From Orbicella franksi (lineage: Eukaryota), in NCBI GenBank assembly GCA_964199315.1, contig OZ116698.1:20088001-20152000 (forward strand): 64,000 bases of DNA. The letters run 5' to 3'. Both the position numbers and the translations under genes were made by a program. Positions 33,901 to 46,129 of this stretch are shown one piece after another (the first letter of the stretch is position 1; every line of letters begins with the position of its first letter). The notes under the pieces are model-generated. The model did no database searches. It saw only the letters and a list, made by a program, of their open reading frames with translations, and was not told where the DNA came from.

Positions 33901-35770
33901 AAAAGATAACTATGGTCACATTCCTATCGACTGGGTGAGGTTGGGGTTGATAGAAAAATATTAGGCCCAAGGTCAGGACCCACAGATTTTGTTTTTATCG
34001 GTCCATAAGTCCTGACCTTGAGCCAGATATTTCCAGTCTGGCCCTCCCAACCAGTTAATAAGTAGAGAGACACCTTTAGTTAAAAGTAAAAATCCAAAAG
34101 TAAAAATTTCAGGGTAGTCCCTTCAGGGAGCTTACAAAGCATCTCTATCTATTTTAAAAATAGGTCTCCTATTGATAGCAGAGATGCTTTGTAAGCTTCC
34201 TGGAACCATGAATTGTTTACAAACTGAAGTGCACGTGCTTGATGTGACTTGGTGTGACGTTGCAAAATTAATAACGTGCACAGTAAGGACAGGCAGTAAC
34301 AATGGGCCTGAAGGTCCTAAGGAATAATATCTAGAGCAGCTGTAAAGAAATAGAGAATGACCGTAAAGAAATTGCATGCACATATTTTTTTTCTAACCTT
34401 TTATTAACGTGGTGGTGCTGCTTCTGAGCTGAGATGTTAAGAGCTGGATATGAGCTGGAGGCCACGGAAAGGAAAAGACTGAAGACTGACCTGTTGTTAA
34501 CTTTTGATAAAGTTGTGATTTCTTCTTTTGTGAGAAGTGTCTAGACATACATGTAGTTTCTTTCTGTGTTTTCGGAGTAAGATGGCAACTGAAGTGTTTT
34601 CTGAAAACAAAATTTTGCAACAAAAAAATTGTTTCAGGGCCATACATGTTTTTCTGGCCCTATCACTTTGACACATATGGCCCTCATACAGGACCTTTTT
34701 CCTTGTGGTTTTTCAAAGAAAAAACAAAAAACACACACACACCGGGCCCTAGAGATCATATGATAAAGTTGATCAATTAAAACACATTTTAGAGCAGTTT
34801 CAATCTCCAGTTGTGTTTTCTCTATTTCTCATGCTGACATTACAGGGTATATGTTTTGTATTGAACAAATTTTGGTTCTCAGTTTCCTCCAGATCCTGAA
34901 GCCTCTCCTGCAGATGTGTTTTTTACAGGTGATTTCTCTGTATTGCATTGCAGATCCTTACTGCACAGAATATCGTGCACAATTTCTTTGCATGTGCACA
35001 TAAACAAAATGGTTGTTTTTTTTTTTCTAAACGGTTTAGCTTGTGAGAGAGACAAATTATTATTATTTTTTTTTTTGGAAACAAGTACCGGGACCTATTG
35101 AGTTTCTCATTTAGTTTGAATGCAGCGATCACCTTCTATATGTTATCTTCTATATCATCTGTATGTTATTTGCCGGCTGGAAGGTCCATATAGTGAAAAT
35201 ATGTCACTGAGGTCTTAGTTTTTCACTATACAGACCAACCCTAAACCGGTAAATAACATGTTTTTTTTTTCATGTAGTAAATTGATTTTAATTACAAATG
35301 GGTTTATCTATGTAACTTTGTCATTGAATCGGCTTGCGCACCATCTGCTAACAATTTGTCATCGCAACGAGCGAGTAACCCGGATTCTAGACAAAGAAAG
35401 ATGTATTAAAGAACAGATTTATTCCGGACCGCTGAGAAGCTGGAGAAAAAATAAAGAGATATATTTCTATTGCAGAGTAAAAAATTATCACTAAAAATGA
35501 GAGCACAGCTAACACTCGTAAATAATATAATATATGGCCTCAAGAAAGCTGCGTACTTGGAACATGCTGAATCCCTGTTGACTAAATATGGACGCCTCTA
35601 TCATGAAACGTACATCAAATTTCTCCTACATTTCTGTCGTCATTTCCTTGTATGCTTTACAATGGAACAAACATGGCCAAACCTTTTTATGTCAAACAGA
35701 CACCTCCTTAATATGGACACTCAGCTCTATACTTTTTTCTGCATTGGCTTGATGACATTTCTTCCATTAA

Positions 35771-36382
35771 CCCATTGACGTCTGTGCTGGCCATAACCGG
35801 CTGTGACGAACGTTGGCCTTTGTTCCACTTCTGAGGTCATCACCTTTCACCAAGACTGGCATCACTTATACTCAAGTTCTGCAGGAGGAAAAGATCTTTC
35901 TATTGATAGCCAGATCAGAGTGATTGGGTCAATTTAGCATGAAATATGCATGGAAGTCTTTGAAAATTTGAGTGAACTCAACTCTCAACCACACTTAATT
36001 ACTTTGTGCAAAGAATTTCCCGTCTCAACGATGCTTTCTCAGCAAATCTTACACTGGAAGTAAGCCCAGTAGAAGGTCTGAACAACTGCAGCAAAAAGAT
36101 AAGAAGGGGAGAAAAAGGAAAGGTGAAAAAAAAAAAAAAAAAATAATAATAATAATAGTGAAACGCCTAAAAGCGCATGTCGCAAACTCAAAATTTTGAT
36201 TTGTGCCCATGCCCGAGCAAAAATGTCCTAAAACGTGGTGTTAGATGAAAGAAAGGCATGCTTTTATGTTGGAAATGCATTTTTGAGTAGATTGGAGCTG
36301 CTTCTGCTCATATCCAGACTGAAATTGCCTAAAAGTGTCCCAAAACAAGATATTTTTGACAAAAAGCTCTAGAAGTCAATGG
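35771..36382. mobile_element. piggyBac-like non-autonomous element
   Basis: TTAA|CCCATTGAC...GTCAATGGG|TTAA. Confidence 0.85.
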
Positions 36383-36462
36383 GTTAATTTGTGCACTTGC
36401 TCACGTAGTTGATTTTCTTATTTGAGCAATCAATTTTAGCCCCACTGTGTAACCCCTAAAAA

Positions 36463-37995
36463 GTAAGTAATTCACCTCATCAAATGCCATAAGGTGCTCT
36501 ATTATTGTCTCTGTTAAAACATCGCAGTAATGCGACTAATGCAACAATTTGCATCAATGTCAACACTCCTCGAAAACGTATAGTTATGAGGCAAATACCG
36601 GATACAGTTACTTCTAATTACTCAAAAAGATACTTGGTTTAAAATGCTGGGTTTGTAGAAGCTCTAACGTTAAACTTTTAACTGGACTTGTCTTTTGGGC
36701 GCATTTTATTATTGTAAGCTTATAACGGCAGTATTTAAGACACTCCATCATAATACTGCCTTGTTTGAAATCATTTTTTCTGTCATTCATTAAATCGACT
36801 TGCCAGCTTCCTTTTATAGTATTAAGTTGCCGCTCGCAAATATGAATTGAAAAGAATTGAGAAAGCGAGGCATAAACCCCAGTAGTTCAACCCATGAGAA
36901 GTAAAAAAGTTTCTTGTTTAGAAACATGCTGGAATAAGCAGAAGAGCGAACTCATAAAAAACCGGACAGTTATATATGCAAATTTAGAAGCGTTCTGCCG
37001 ATACTTCTCAGCAGTCCCGAGTCAGTAGAGCCCTGCATGTGTCGTTCAAGGACGTAATATGGTAAAAAGAAACACTGTGAAAGGAGCTTGGTCAGTTGAG
37101 AGATACGTGATGGAAAACAGACAAAGAATTTCCTTTCAGCAACGGATGTATGTTTACGAAACAGATGGTGACCCCATAACGGCATGCTTCAAGTTATACA
37201 ACAATGCGCATTACAGACAATTTCTTTTAATATCTTTTTCGTTTGTTCACTGTTAACACGGAGGTGTATCTGGTTTACTCACAATGAAATTGTAAGCCCT
37301 TTCCGCATCTAGCCCAAAGTCGTGTCTGATACCACAATTCGATCCACTTGCGGACTTAGCAAATAAAAACTCCCGATGGTAGCTAAAATATTCGGGAATA
37401 TTGTCTGCAGTCAAGAGCTATACTCGGGGTTACGGTATATGGTGGTTCCTCAGTGGAACAATTCATTATGGATGGGGAAAGAACCACATACATCATGAAC
37501 ATGGATCGTTAGTTTCAACGTCCAAGTTTTTTTTCTTTAATTCGTAACCGTGTTTTTGGCCATGCAAAATCATGGCCAACCTCAGTAACAAATAAGGCTT
37601 GTTTTTATCTTCGAATTCGTGTTATCAAAATATTCGCAGTTTCTTCCATTATTCAAGTATATTGAGCGATCTGGTTCTGGTTTGTTCTGTTCTTTGGATT
37701 GAAAATTTGTTTTCCATGTGAATTTATTTAGCAAATTAAAAATTCCGTTATCAGGAATAATAATATTTCCATATGCATGTGGATTTTTCTTCAATCATTA
37801 GATTTTTACAAGGAACCGTGTTGAAAACCATTAACATTTTAACGTCCATCTCATTTGTTTTTTGTTTGATAGAAAGCTTTTGAAAAATTGATCAGGAAAA
37901 AGCAAGAAGTTACAAGTAATGGTGCTTTGTTGTCATCCATCGAAGAATCTTTGAGAGAAAACATCGAATTGCTTGGAAATGGAATTGATATCTAG
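36463..37995 (+). pseudogene. B3: B intron plus intact exon 2 (37873-37995), exon 1 missing
   Basis: Homology to the B2 intron starts exactly at gtaagtaa (36463). Exon 2 reads KAFEKLIRKKQEVTSNGALLSSIEESLRENIELLGNGIDI*. Confidence 0.8.
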
Positions 37996-38116
37996 TTCAG
38001 AAATTGGCACTACACTATGCGACAGGTTCATTAAGATTCATGTGATTCTGATTTATTAAGGACCCATTAAGTTTCGTTAACGTTAATACAACTAGGCTGT
38101 TCAGCCTAGTTTCTAC

Positions 38117-38262
38117 CCCCTCTCTTGGACTGCCGCCTTGCCGTGGTGGAGGGGCTTGTGTGTTTCTATGATCCTGAGAGCTTAGCCGGTGGAGGCGTCG
38201 CCTCTGGCAGGTACAACCAAACCGGAAAGATCAACGGGAAGACACCAGACCAAAGTGCAATC
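38117..38262 (+). ncRNA. HDV-like ribozyme fold, copy 3
   Basis: As copy 2, but P2 gactgc/gcaatc has one mismatch. Confidence 0.65.
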
Positions 38263-39939
38263 ACTAAGTCCATACCCAGTTGTATGACAAGAGCTTATAC
38301 CCTTGTGTTCGTCACAATGGATATCAGTGGACTTTTATATTAATGTATCATAACATGTATTGAAATAGATTGTGTTATATTGCTATATTGTACTGTACTG
38401 TAGTGTATATACTGTATTGTACTGCAGTACATATTGCACTATACTGTATCATATTGCTGTATAATTGCCACTTGCCTGAAAGATTTTCTTCTAGAAAATG
38501 TAAAAAGGAAAACATAGAAATGTAACAAACTGAAACAAGGTTCATTTAATCATTATTTTTGTCATCCGTACTAAAGGCCACACCGTTCAAGTTGGAGCGA
38601 TGGGAAGAGCGAGTACGTAGATGAACTCTCCTTTCCTGGGTTCTCGTTAAAGGTCCCTTTCGAAGATAGACTCCTGTGTCCTGAACAAGATACGATATCA
38701 ATTTCGATGCGAGGTGTTAATAAATGTCTTATTCTTAACGCACTTGTCTCGATCATCATGAAACAATGGCCGAACATTTTGTTTGAAAGCTAAAGTCAAA
38801 CGTCACTGATCACTTTAGTAACAAAATATATACCACGCAAAAATTGCCATTTCTTCCCCCCTTTTTTGTTTGTCCCACACCTTCATTTAGATCAAAGGTG
38901 AAAATATGGTAGCCCTTTTATGGACTTGATAATTAACCTGCTAAAGAAACTGTACATTTAATTTTGAATCTCGGCTTACATAGCAGCTGTAACCATTGAA
39001 ACTGTCAGTAGGCTGGTAAGAGCACTTGGTTGAAAGGCTTGCTCTCATGCCGAAGACGGAGTTGATCTTCATAAAAATTTATTCCATCTTCCCCTCTTTT
39101 GAACTCTTCTGCTACGTTTACGTTTTGTCTTTGCTGTTAGTTACCAACTTAAAAAGCTAGTTTTAACGTTTCCTTACCTCTAGAGATTTCCAATAACGCG
39201 AAAAAACAACTACTTAATGTAACCAAATGCTATAATTCTGAGTATTTATCATGCATGGTGTATGATGACATGCTTCTAAAGGTTCACCATATCGATAACT
39301 TTCAGCGTTGGGAATTTCATAAACGATTTCTTTTTAACGACAAGAATTCGAGAAGAAGTTTCTTCATACAAGCCAAATAAAAATTATAAGTGACCATGTT
39401 TCCTTAATTCTTCTAAAAAGTCCCGAGAAGGCCTGTTGGATCCGACAGTGGCAGGTACATATAATATAATACTTCATATAATACTTCAGATTCATTCAGC
39501 GCACAACTGCTTCAGTAACGAATGAACTGCAACCTCTCTGAAGAAGCCTCTCTTTATTTTTTTCTCGCTTCTGTTTTTTTTTTCGGTTTATGGTTTTTCT
39601 AATGTTTTTTTTCTTTGTTTTCTTTTGATTGTTTGCTTGTTTTTTTCATTTTTATTTTTCTTGCTTTTTTCGTGTTTGATTTTTCTCGATTTTTTCTTGC
39701 TTTTCTTGTTTTCTGTTTTTTTTCCTTTTTTTGTTTTCCTTTTTTTTCCCTTTTTTCTCGTTTTCTGGTTTTTCTTTTACGTTTACGTTTTTTGGTTGTT
39801 GCTCTTCTTGCTTTCCCTTTTTTAATGTGCTCTTTTCATTTCTATCAGTTACTTTCTATCACTGACAGAAATTTAGAAAAAGGCCCATTAAAAAATGATC
39901 AGCCAAGAGGCCCCTCTTCTATCCAGTGTAGAAATACAT

Positions 39940-40080
39940 CTACTGGAAAAAGATGGCCTTCTCTAACTCTTTGACCGCGTTGACTATTTGCGTTTTGAGT
40001 GACAGGTTAGGGCTGGGTCCAGTGTTGTGTCCATGAAACACCAGATTGTGTTGCTTCTTCATGTACCTAGAGGAGTCGAA
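39940..40080 (-). pseudogene. Orphan subfamily A exon 2 (..DSSRYMKKQHNLVFHGHNTGPSPNLSLKTQIVNAVKELEKAIFFQ*)
   Basis: Homologous to A2 and A3 exon 2. The original acceptor AG is lost and there is no exon 1 upstream. Confidence 0.8.
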
Positions 40081-40374
40081 GATTTTTTTCATTATCATAA
40101 ATATATAACAGCATGAAATATTACATTAATGATTAAATGAATGGATGGATGAATGAAAGGACAAATGAATAAATGAATGAATGAATGAATGAACGGACGG
40201 ACGAACGAATGAATGAGACAATCAACCTATGCAAAGGTAAATCTATTATTTATAAATTTCAGTCAGTAAAATTGTAAAAGGGCAACACTCACTCAATGTG
40301 ACTACTGTCCAGGCAATTAGTAACCAACCACTGTATAAATGATGAAACCCATGCAGCAACTGCTGCCAAATTAG

Positions 40375-41005
40375 GTGTTAGTGGAAGCTGCAGCGGTGGC
40401 AGTGTCACTAGCAATAGCAGTGAGAGTGGTAGTTATTGTGGTGGTGGTAATAGTCGTATCACTGGCAGAGGGTGGCAGAGGTGGTAACCATCGCAGTATC
40501 ACTGTGAGTGTTAATGGTGGTGGTAGTAGTAGTGGTAGTGGTAGTGGTAGTAGCACTGTAAGTAGCAATGGCAGTAGTCGTGGAAGTGGTGGAGTTAGAC
40601 CTAATAGTGGTAGTGTCCGAAGCAGTAGCAGAAACAGTGGGAGTGTGTCATAGTGGTTTAGTGTCAGTGGCAGAGACAGTAGCCATAGCAGTAGCATTGG
40701 GAGTGTCAATGGTGGTGATAGTGATGGTGTTAATGCAAGTAGGAGTGGCAGCAGCAGTGGTGGTGGTGGTGGTGCTAGTGTTGGAGGCAGTGGTAGAAGC
40801 AGTGGATTGTTGGTCTTAGTGGTTGTCAGCTTCAGAAGCAGTAACCACAGCAGTAGCAGTGGGAGAGTTAGTGGTGGTTGTAGTGATGGTGTTAGTGTCA
40901 GTGACAGTAGCAGTGGAAGTCTTATTGGTCGTGGCAGTGGTAGTGTCAATGGCAGTGGCAGTGGTGGGGTTAGTGGTGATGGTAGCTTCCGTAGCAGTAG
41001 CAGTG
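40375..41005. repeat. Degenerate GTAGTG/GCAGTG-rich tract
   Basis: Directly visible; lies on the intron side of the orphan A exon 2. Confidence 0.8.
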
Positions 41006-41505
41006 TGAGTGTTTTGAGAGTTTTCGGGATTTTGGAAAAAAATTACGGGTACGCGTACGAACACTCCCAAGTCTTCATTTGATCCAAATTTGATCCGAAT
41101 TTGATGCAGACTTGAGTCAAGTTTCATGGGACGGTTCACCTTGGTACGATCTTGCGACACAGATTTGGCCGCGCGCCCCGCAGGAGGGGCGAAAATGAAT
41201 GACATCATGGCGAACCCATGTGCCCTATATTTCATGTCCATCCGCCGCGACGTCATTCTTGTTCTTTTTTGTGGCTTCTTTCGTTGTTTTCGACGTTGTG
41301 GAGTTTTCTTTGAACTGGTTTTTCACTCTGATTGCATTCGACAAAAAAGGGAATGCAGTCCCACCGCAGACTAGAGTGATATATTTTTTTAGCCGGGCGA
41401 AAACAAATTACATCATCGCAAAGCACGTGTATACATGGACTACGAGTAGTCCCTCTATCGCTTAGTCCGTCGTGCGTGACGTGAAAGAAAACCGCGAGAA
41501 AAAAA

Positions 41506-41631
41506 TGGGTGGAGAGAGGCACTGTGAGATTTGAATGTCTTGCCCAAGAACACAACATAATGTCTCCGGCCACGGCTCGAACCCGGGCCGCTCGATCCGG
41601 AGACGAGCGGACTAACCATGAGGCCACCGCG
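41506..41631 (-). mobile_element. tRNA-derived SINE 5' part
   Basis: Minus strand cgcggtggcctcatggttag (A-box), gggttcgagcc (B-box), then ttgtgttcttgggcaagac...cagtgcctctctccaccca. Confidence 0.8.
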
Positions 41632-42003
41632 ATTGGTAAGGGACAATAAAAGACTCACACCATGGAACTGAAAGGTAGCAAACTTTAATGAACTTTAAAC
41701 TACACGAGTTTGCTTATTTGTTTGTTTGTTTTTCTTCTTTTGCTGGTTTTTTTTCTGTTTTTCTTGTACGAGTGTTTTTTTTTTCGTGCCGCCACACTTT
41801 TGTTTGTTTCTTCTTGTGTTTTTGTTTCCTGTTTTTCTTGATTCTTGGTTTCTTGTTTATTGGCGTTGCTCTTGATAATTTTGTAAATTTTCTTTTCTTT
41901 TTTGGTATTCTTTCTTGTAATCTTGATTTTTTGTTCTTATTTCTTGCATTTTTGCTCTTTTTTCATTTTTTGTCTTATTAATTATTTTTCTTGTTTCTTG
42001 GGC

Positions 42004-45000
42004 TTGCCTTATTTAAATTGATACGAAATGCAAACATATTAGGCCTTAACTGAACCTAGTAGTTGCCTTATTTAACTTGATACGAAATGCAAACATATTA
42101 GGCCTTAACTGAACCTGGTAGTTGCCTTATTTAACTTGATACGAAATGCAATCATATTAGGTCTTTACTGAACCTAGAAGTTGCCTTATTTAAATTGATA
42201 AGAAATGCAAACATATTAGGTCTTTGCTAAACCTAGTAATTGTCTTATTTAAATTGATGCGAAATGCAAACATTCTAGGTCTTTACTGAACCTAGTAGTT
42301 GCCTTATTTAAATTGATACGAAATGCAAACATATTAGGCCTTTACTGAACCTAGAAGTTGCCTTATTTAACTTGATACAAAATGCAAACATATTAGGCCT
42401 TAACTGAACCTAGTAGTTGCCTTATTTAACTTGATGCGAAATGCAAACATATTAGGCCTTAACTGAACCTAGTAGTTGCCTTATTTAACTTGATACGAAA
42501 TGCAATCATATTAGGTCTTTACTGAACCTAGAAGTTGCCTTATTTAAATTGATAAGAAATGCAAACATATTAGGTCTTTACTAAACCTAGTAGCTGTCTT
42601 ATTTAAATTGATAAGAAATGCAAACATTCTAGGTCTTTACTGAACCTAGTAGTTGTCTTATTTAAATTGATAAGAAATGCAACCATTCTAGGCCTTTACT
42701 GAACCTAGTAGTTGCCTTATATAAATTGATACGAAATGCAAACATATTAGGCCTTAACTGAACCTAGAAGTTGCCTTCTTTAAATTGATACGAAATGCAA
42801 ACACATTAGGTCTGTACTGAACCTAGTAGTTGCCTTATTTAACTTGATACGAAATGCAAACATATTAGGTCTTTACTGAACCTAGAAGTTGCCTTATTTA
42901 ACTTGATAAGAAATGCAAACAGATTAGGTCTTTACTAAACCTAGTAGTTGCCTTATCTAAATTGATAAGAAATGCAAACATATTAGGCCTTTACTGAGCC
43001 TAGTAGTTGCCTTATTTAAACTGATACGAAATGCAAAAATATTAGGTCTCTACTGTACCCAGTAGTTGCCTCATTTAAATTGATACCAAATGCAAACATA
43101 TTAGGTCTTTACTAAACCTAGAAGTTGCCTTGCTTTAAATTGATAAGAAATGCAAACATAGGCCTTCACTGAACCTAGTAGTTGTCTTCTTTGTATTGAT
43201 AAGAAATGCAAACATAGGCCTTTACTGAACCTAGTAGTTGCCTTCTTTGTATTGATAAGAAATGCAAACATAGGCCTTTACTGAACCTAGTAGTTGCCTT
43301 CTTTGTATTGATAAGAAATGCAAACATAGGCCTTTACTGAACCTAGTAGTTGCCTTCTTTGTATTGATAAGAAATGCAAACATAGGCCTTTACTGAACCT
43401 AGTAGTTGCCTTCTTTGTATTGATAAGAAATGCAAACATAGGCCTTTACTGAACCTAGTAGTTGCCTTCTTTGTATTGATAAGAAATGCAAACATAGGCC
43501 TTTACTGAACCTAGTAGTTGCCTTCTTTGTATCGATATATAAGAAATGCAAACATAGGCCTTTACTGAACCCAGTGGTTACCTTGTTTAAATTGATAAGA
43601 AATGCAAACATAGGCCTTTAGTGAACCTAGTAGTTGCCTTCTTTGTATTGCTAAGAAATGCAAACATATTAGGCCTTTACTGAGCCTAGTAGTTGCCTTA
43701 TTTAAACTGATACGAAATGCAAAAATATTAGGTCTCTACTGTACCCAGTAGTTGCCTCATTTAAATTGATACCAAATGCAAACATATTAGGTCTTTACTA
43801 AACCTAGAAGTTGCCTTGCTTTAAATTGATAAGAAATGCAAACATAGGCCTTCACTGAACCTAGTAGTTGTCTTCTTTGTATTGATAAGAAATGCAAACA
43901 TAGGCCTTTACTGAACCTAGTAGTTGCCTTCTTTGTATTGATAAGAAATGCAAACATAGGCCTTTACTGAACCTAGTAGTTGCCTTCTTTGTATTGATAA
44001 GAAATGCAAACATAGGCCTTTACTGAACCTAGTAGTTGCCTTCTTTGTATCGATATATAAGAAATGTAAACATAGGCCTTTACTGAACCTAGTAGTTGCC
44101 TTCTTTGTATTGATAAGAAATGCAAACATAGGCCTTTACTGAACCTAGTAGTTGCCTTCTTTGTATTGATAAGAAATGCAAACATAGGCCTTTACTGAAC
44201 CTAGTAGTTGCCTTCTTTGTATTGATAAGAAATGCAAACATAGGCCTTTACTGAACCTAGTGGTTGCCTTGTTTAAATTGATAAGAAATGCAAACATAGG
44301 CCTTTAGTGAACCTAGTAGTTGCCTTCTTTGTATTGATAAGAAATGCAAACATATTAGGCCTTTACTGAGCCTAGTAGTTGCCTTATTTAAACTGATACG
44401 AAATGCAAAAATATTAGGTCTCTACTGTACCCAGTAGTTGCCTCATTTAAATTGATACCAAATGCAAACATATTAGGTCTTTACTAAACCTAGAAGTTGC
44501 CTTGCTTTAAATTGATAAGAAATGCAAACATAGGCCTTCACTGAACCTAGTAGTTGTCTTCTTTGTATTGATAAGAAATGCAAACATAGGCCTTTACTGA
44601 ACCTAGTAGTTGCTTTCTTTGTATTGATAAGAAATGCAAACATAGGCCTTTACTGAACCTAGTAGTTGCCTTCTTTGTATTGATAAGAAATGCAAACATA
44701 GGCCTTTACTGAACCTAGTAGTTGCCTTCTTTGTATCGATATATAAGAAATGTAAACATAGGCCTTTACTGAACCTAGTAGTTGCCTTCTTTGTATTGAT
44801 AAGAAATGCAAACATAGGCCTTTACTGAACCTAGTAGTTGCCTTCTTTGTATTGATAAGAAATGCAAACATAGGCCTTTACTGAACCTAGTAGTTGCCTT
44901 CTTTGTATTGATAAGAAATGCAAACATAGGCCTTTACTGAACCTAGTGGTTGCCTTGTTTAAATTGATAAGAAATGCAAACATAGGCCTTTAGTGAACCT

Positions 45001-45253
45001 AGTAGTTGCCTTCTTTGTATTGCTAAGAAATGCAAACATAGGCCTTTAATGAACCTAGTAGTTGCCTTGTTTAAATTGATACGAAATGCAAACATAGGCC
45101 TTTACTGAACCTAGTAGTTGCCTTATTTAAATTGATACGAAATGCAAACATATTAGGCCTTTACTGAACCTAGTAGTTGCCTTCTTTAAATTGATATGAG
45201 ATGCAAACATATTAGGCCTTTGCTGAACCTAGTTGTTGCCTTATTTAAATTGA
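42004..45253. repeat. 59/56-bp minisatellite (about 3.2 kb) with a 686-bp higher-order repeat, just 3' of the A3 stop
   Basis: Monomer aaattgataagaaatgcaaacat(att)aggcctttactgaacctagtagttgccttattt. The landmark variant recurs at 43021, 43707 and 44393. Confidence 0.96.
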
Positions 45254-45293
45254 AAAAAGCTTGGTTAAGAGGCCCCTAGTCAAGAGAATACCT

Positions 45294-45434
45294 CTACTGG
45301 GAAAAGATGGCCTTCTCTAGCTCTTTGACTGTGTTGGCTATTTGTCTTTCCCAAGACAAGTTAGGGCTGCGTCCAATGTCTTGTCCACGAAACACCTGAT
45401 TGTGTTTTTTCTTCACATATGCACAGAAGTCGTT
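45294..45434 (-). CDS. DED-Bcl-2-like A3 exon 2 (NDFCAYVKKKHNQVFRGQDIGRSPNLSWERQIANTVKELEKAIFSQ*)
   Basis: Acceptor ttttcctatttgcag, phase 0. Confidence 0.85.
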   Translation of the reverse strand, partial: NDFCAYVKKKHNQVFRGQDIGRSPNLSWERQIANTVKELEKAIFSQ

Positions 45435-45759
45435 CTGCAAATAGGAAAATATTTTTCTATTAAACATATAACAACATGAAATAATGAACAAATAAATCAA
45501 TGAATCAAGCAATCACAAAATGCAACTGTAAATCTATTATCTATCATTATCTTAATCAGTCAGTAAAGTAGCATAGCAGTAGCATCATCACGGGAATCAG
45601 TTGCTGTGGAGGGGCAGTAGCATGGCAGTTCAGTGGCCGTGGAGTGGAAGTAGTATGGTAGGTCGGAGGCAGTGGAGTAACAGCTGTTCAATGGAAGTGG
45701 AGTGGCAGTAGCAAAACAGTTCAGTGACCATGAAGTGGCAGTTGCGTGGCAGTTCAGAG

Positions 45760-46128
45760 CCCGTGGGGGAGACTCCCATATGGAGTGGATGGGGATGCTC
45801 ATCGGAAACTTTGACTTTAACCCCTAAAAGAGACCAATCTGGGTGTGGCCGAAGCTTATGCAGACCCCTAAAAGAGACCAGTTTATAAAACAGACAAATA
45901 AAAAGTACAGTGACTTTTAATGATTTATATGAACTGAGTAAATATAAAGAATCAAAATTCTTTCTGTTTTGTTATTTCTTTGCGTGCATCCTTAACGAGA
46001 CCTTGACGGCTAAAAATAATGACATTTTGCCTGGAACACCCTAAGCAAGACCAAAATCCGAAATTTACACCCCCAAGCGAGATGACAAGCATCCCTGTCC
46101 ATTCCATATGGAATCCCCCCCCCCCGGG
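45760..46128. mobile_element. CCCGGG-terminated non-autonomous element in the A3 intron
   Basis: Ends cccgtggggga / cccccccggg; flanking direct repeat gttcagag. Confidence 0.75.
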
Positions 46129-46129
46129 G

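Larger units (their letters stand above)
32341..39570. repeat. Segmental duplication block, paralog at about 56710-63960 (offset about 24.4 kb)
   Basis: Colinear; almost identical from about 34850 rightwards and visibly more diverged to the left. Confidence 0.95.

Noticed and set aside
43399-44871. Repeated 70-aa MFAFLINTKKATTRFSKG ORFs
   Set aside because: Translations of the 56-bp minisatellite.
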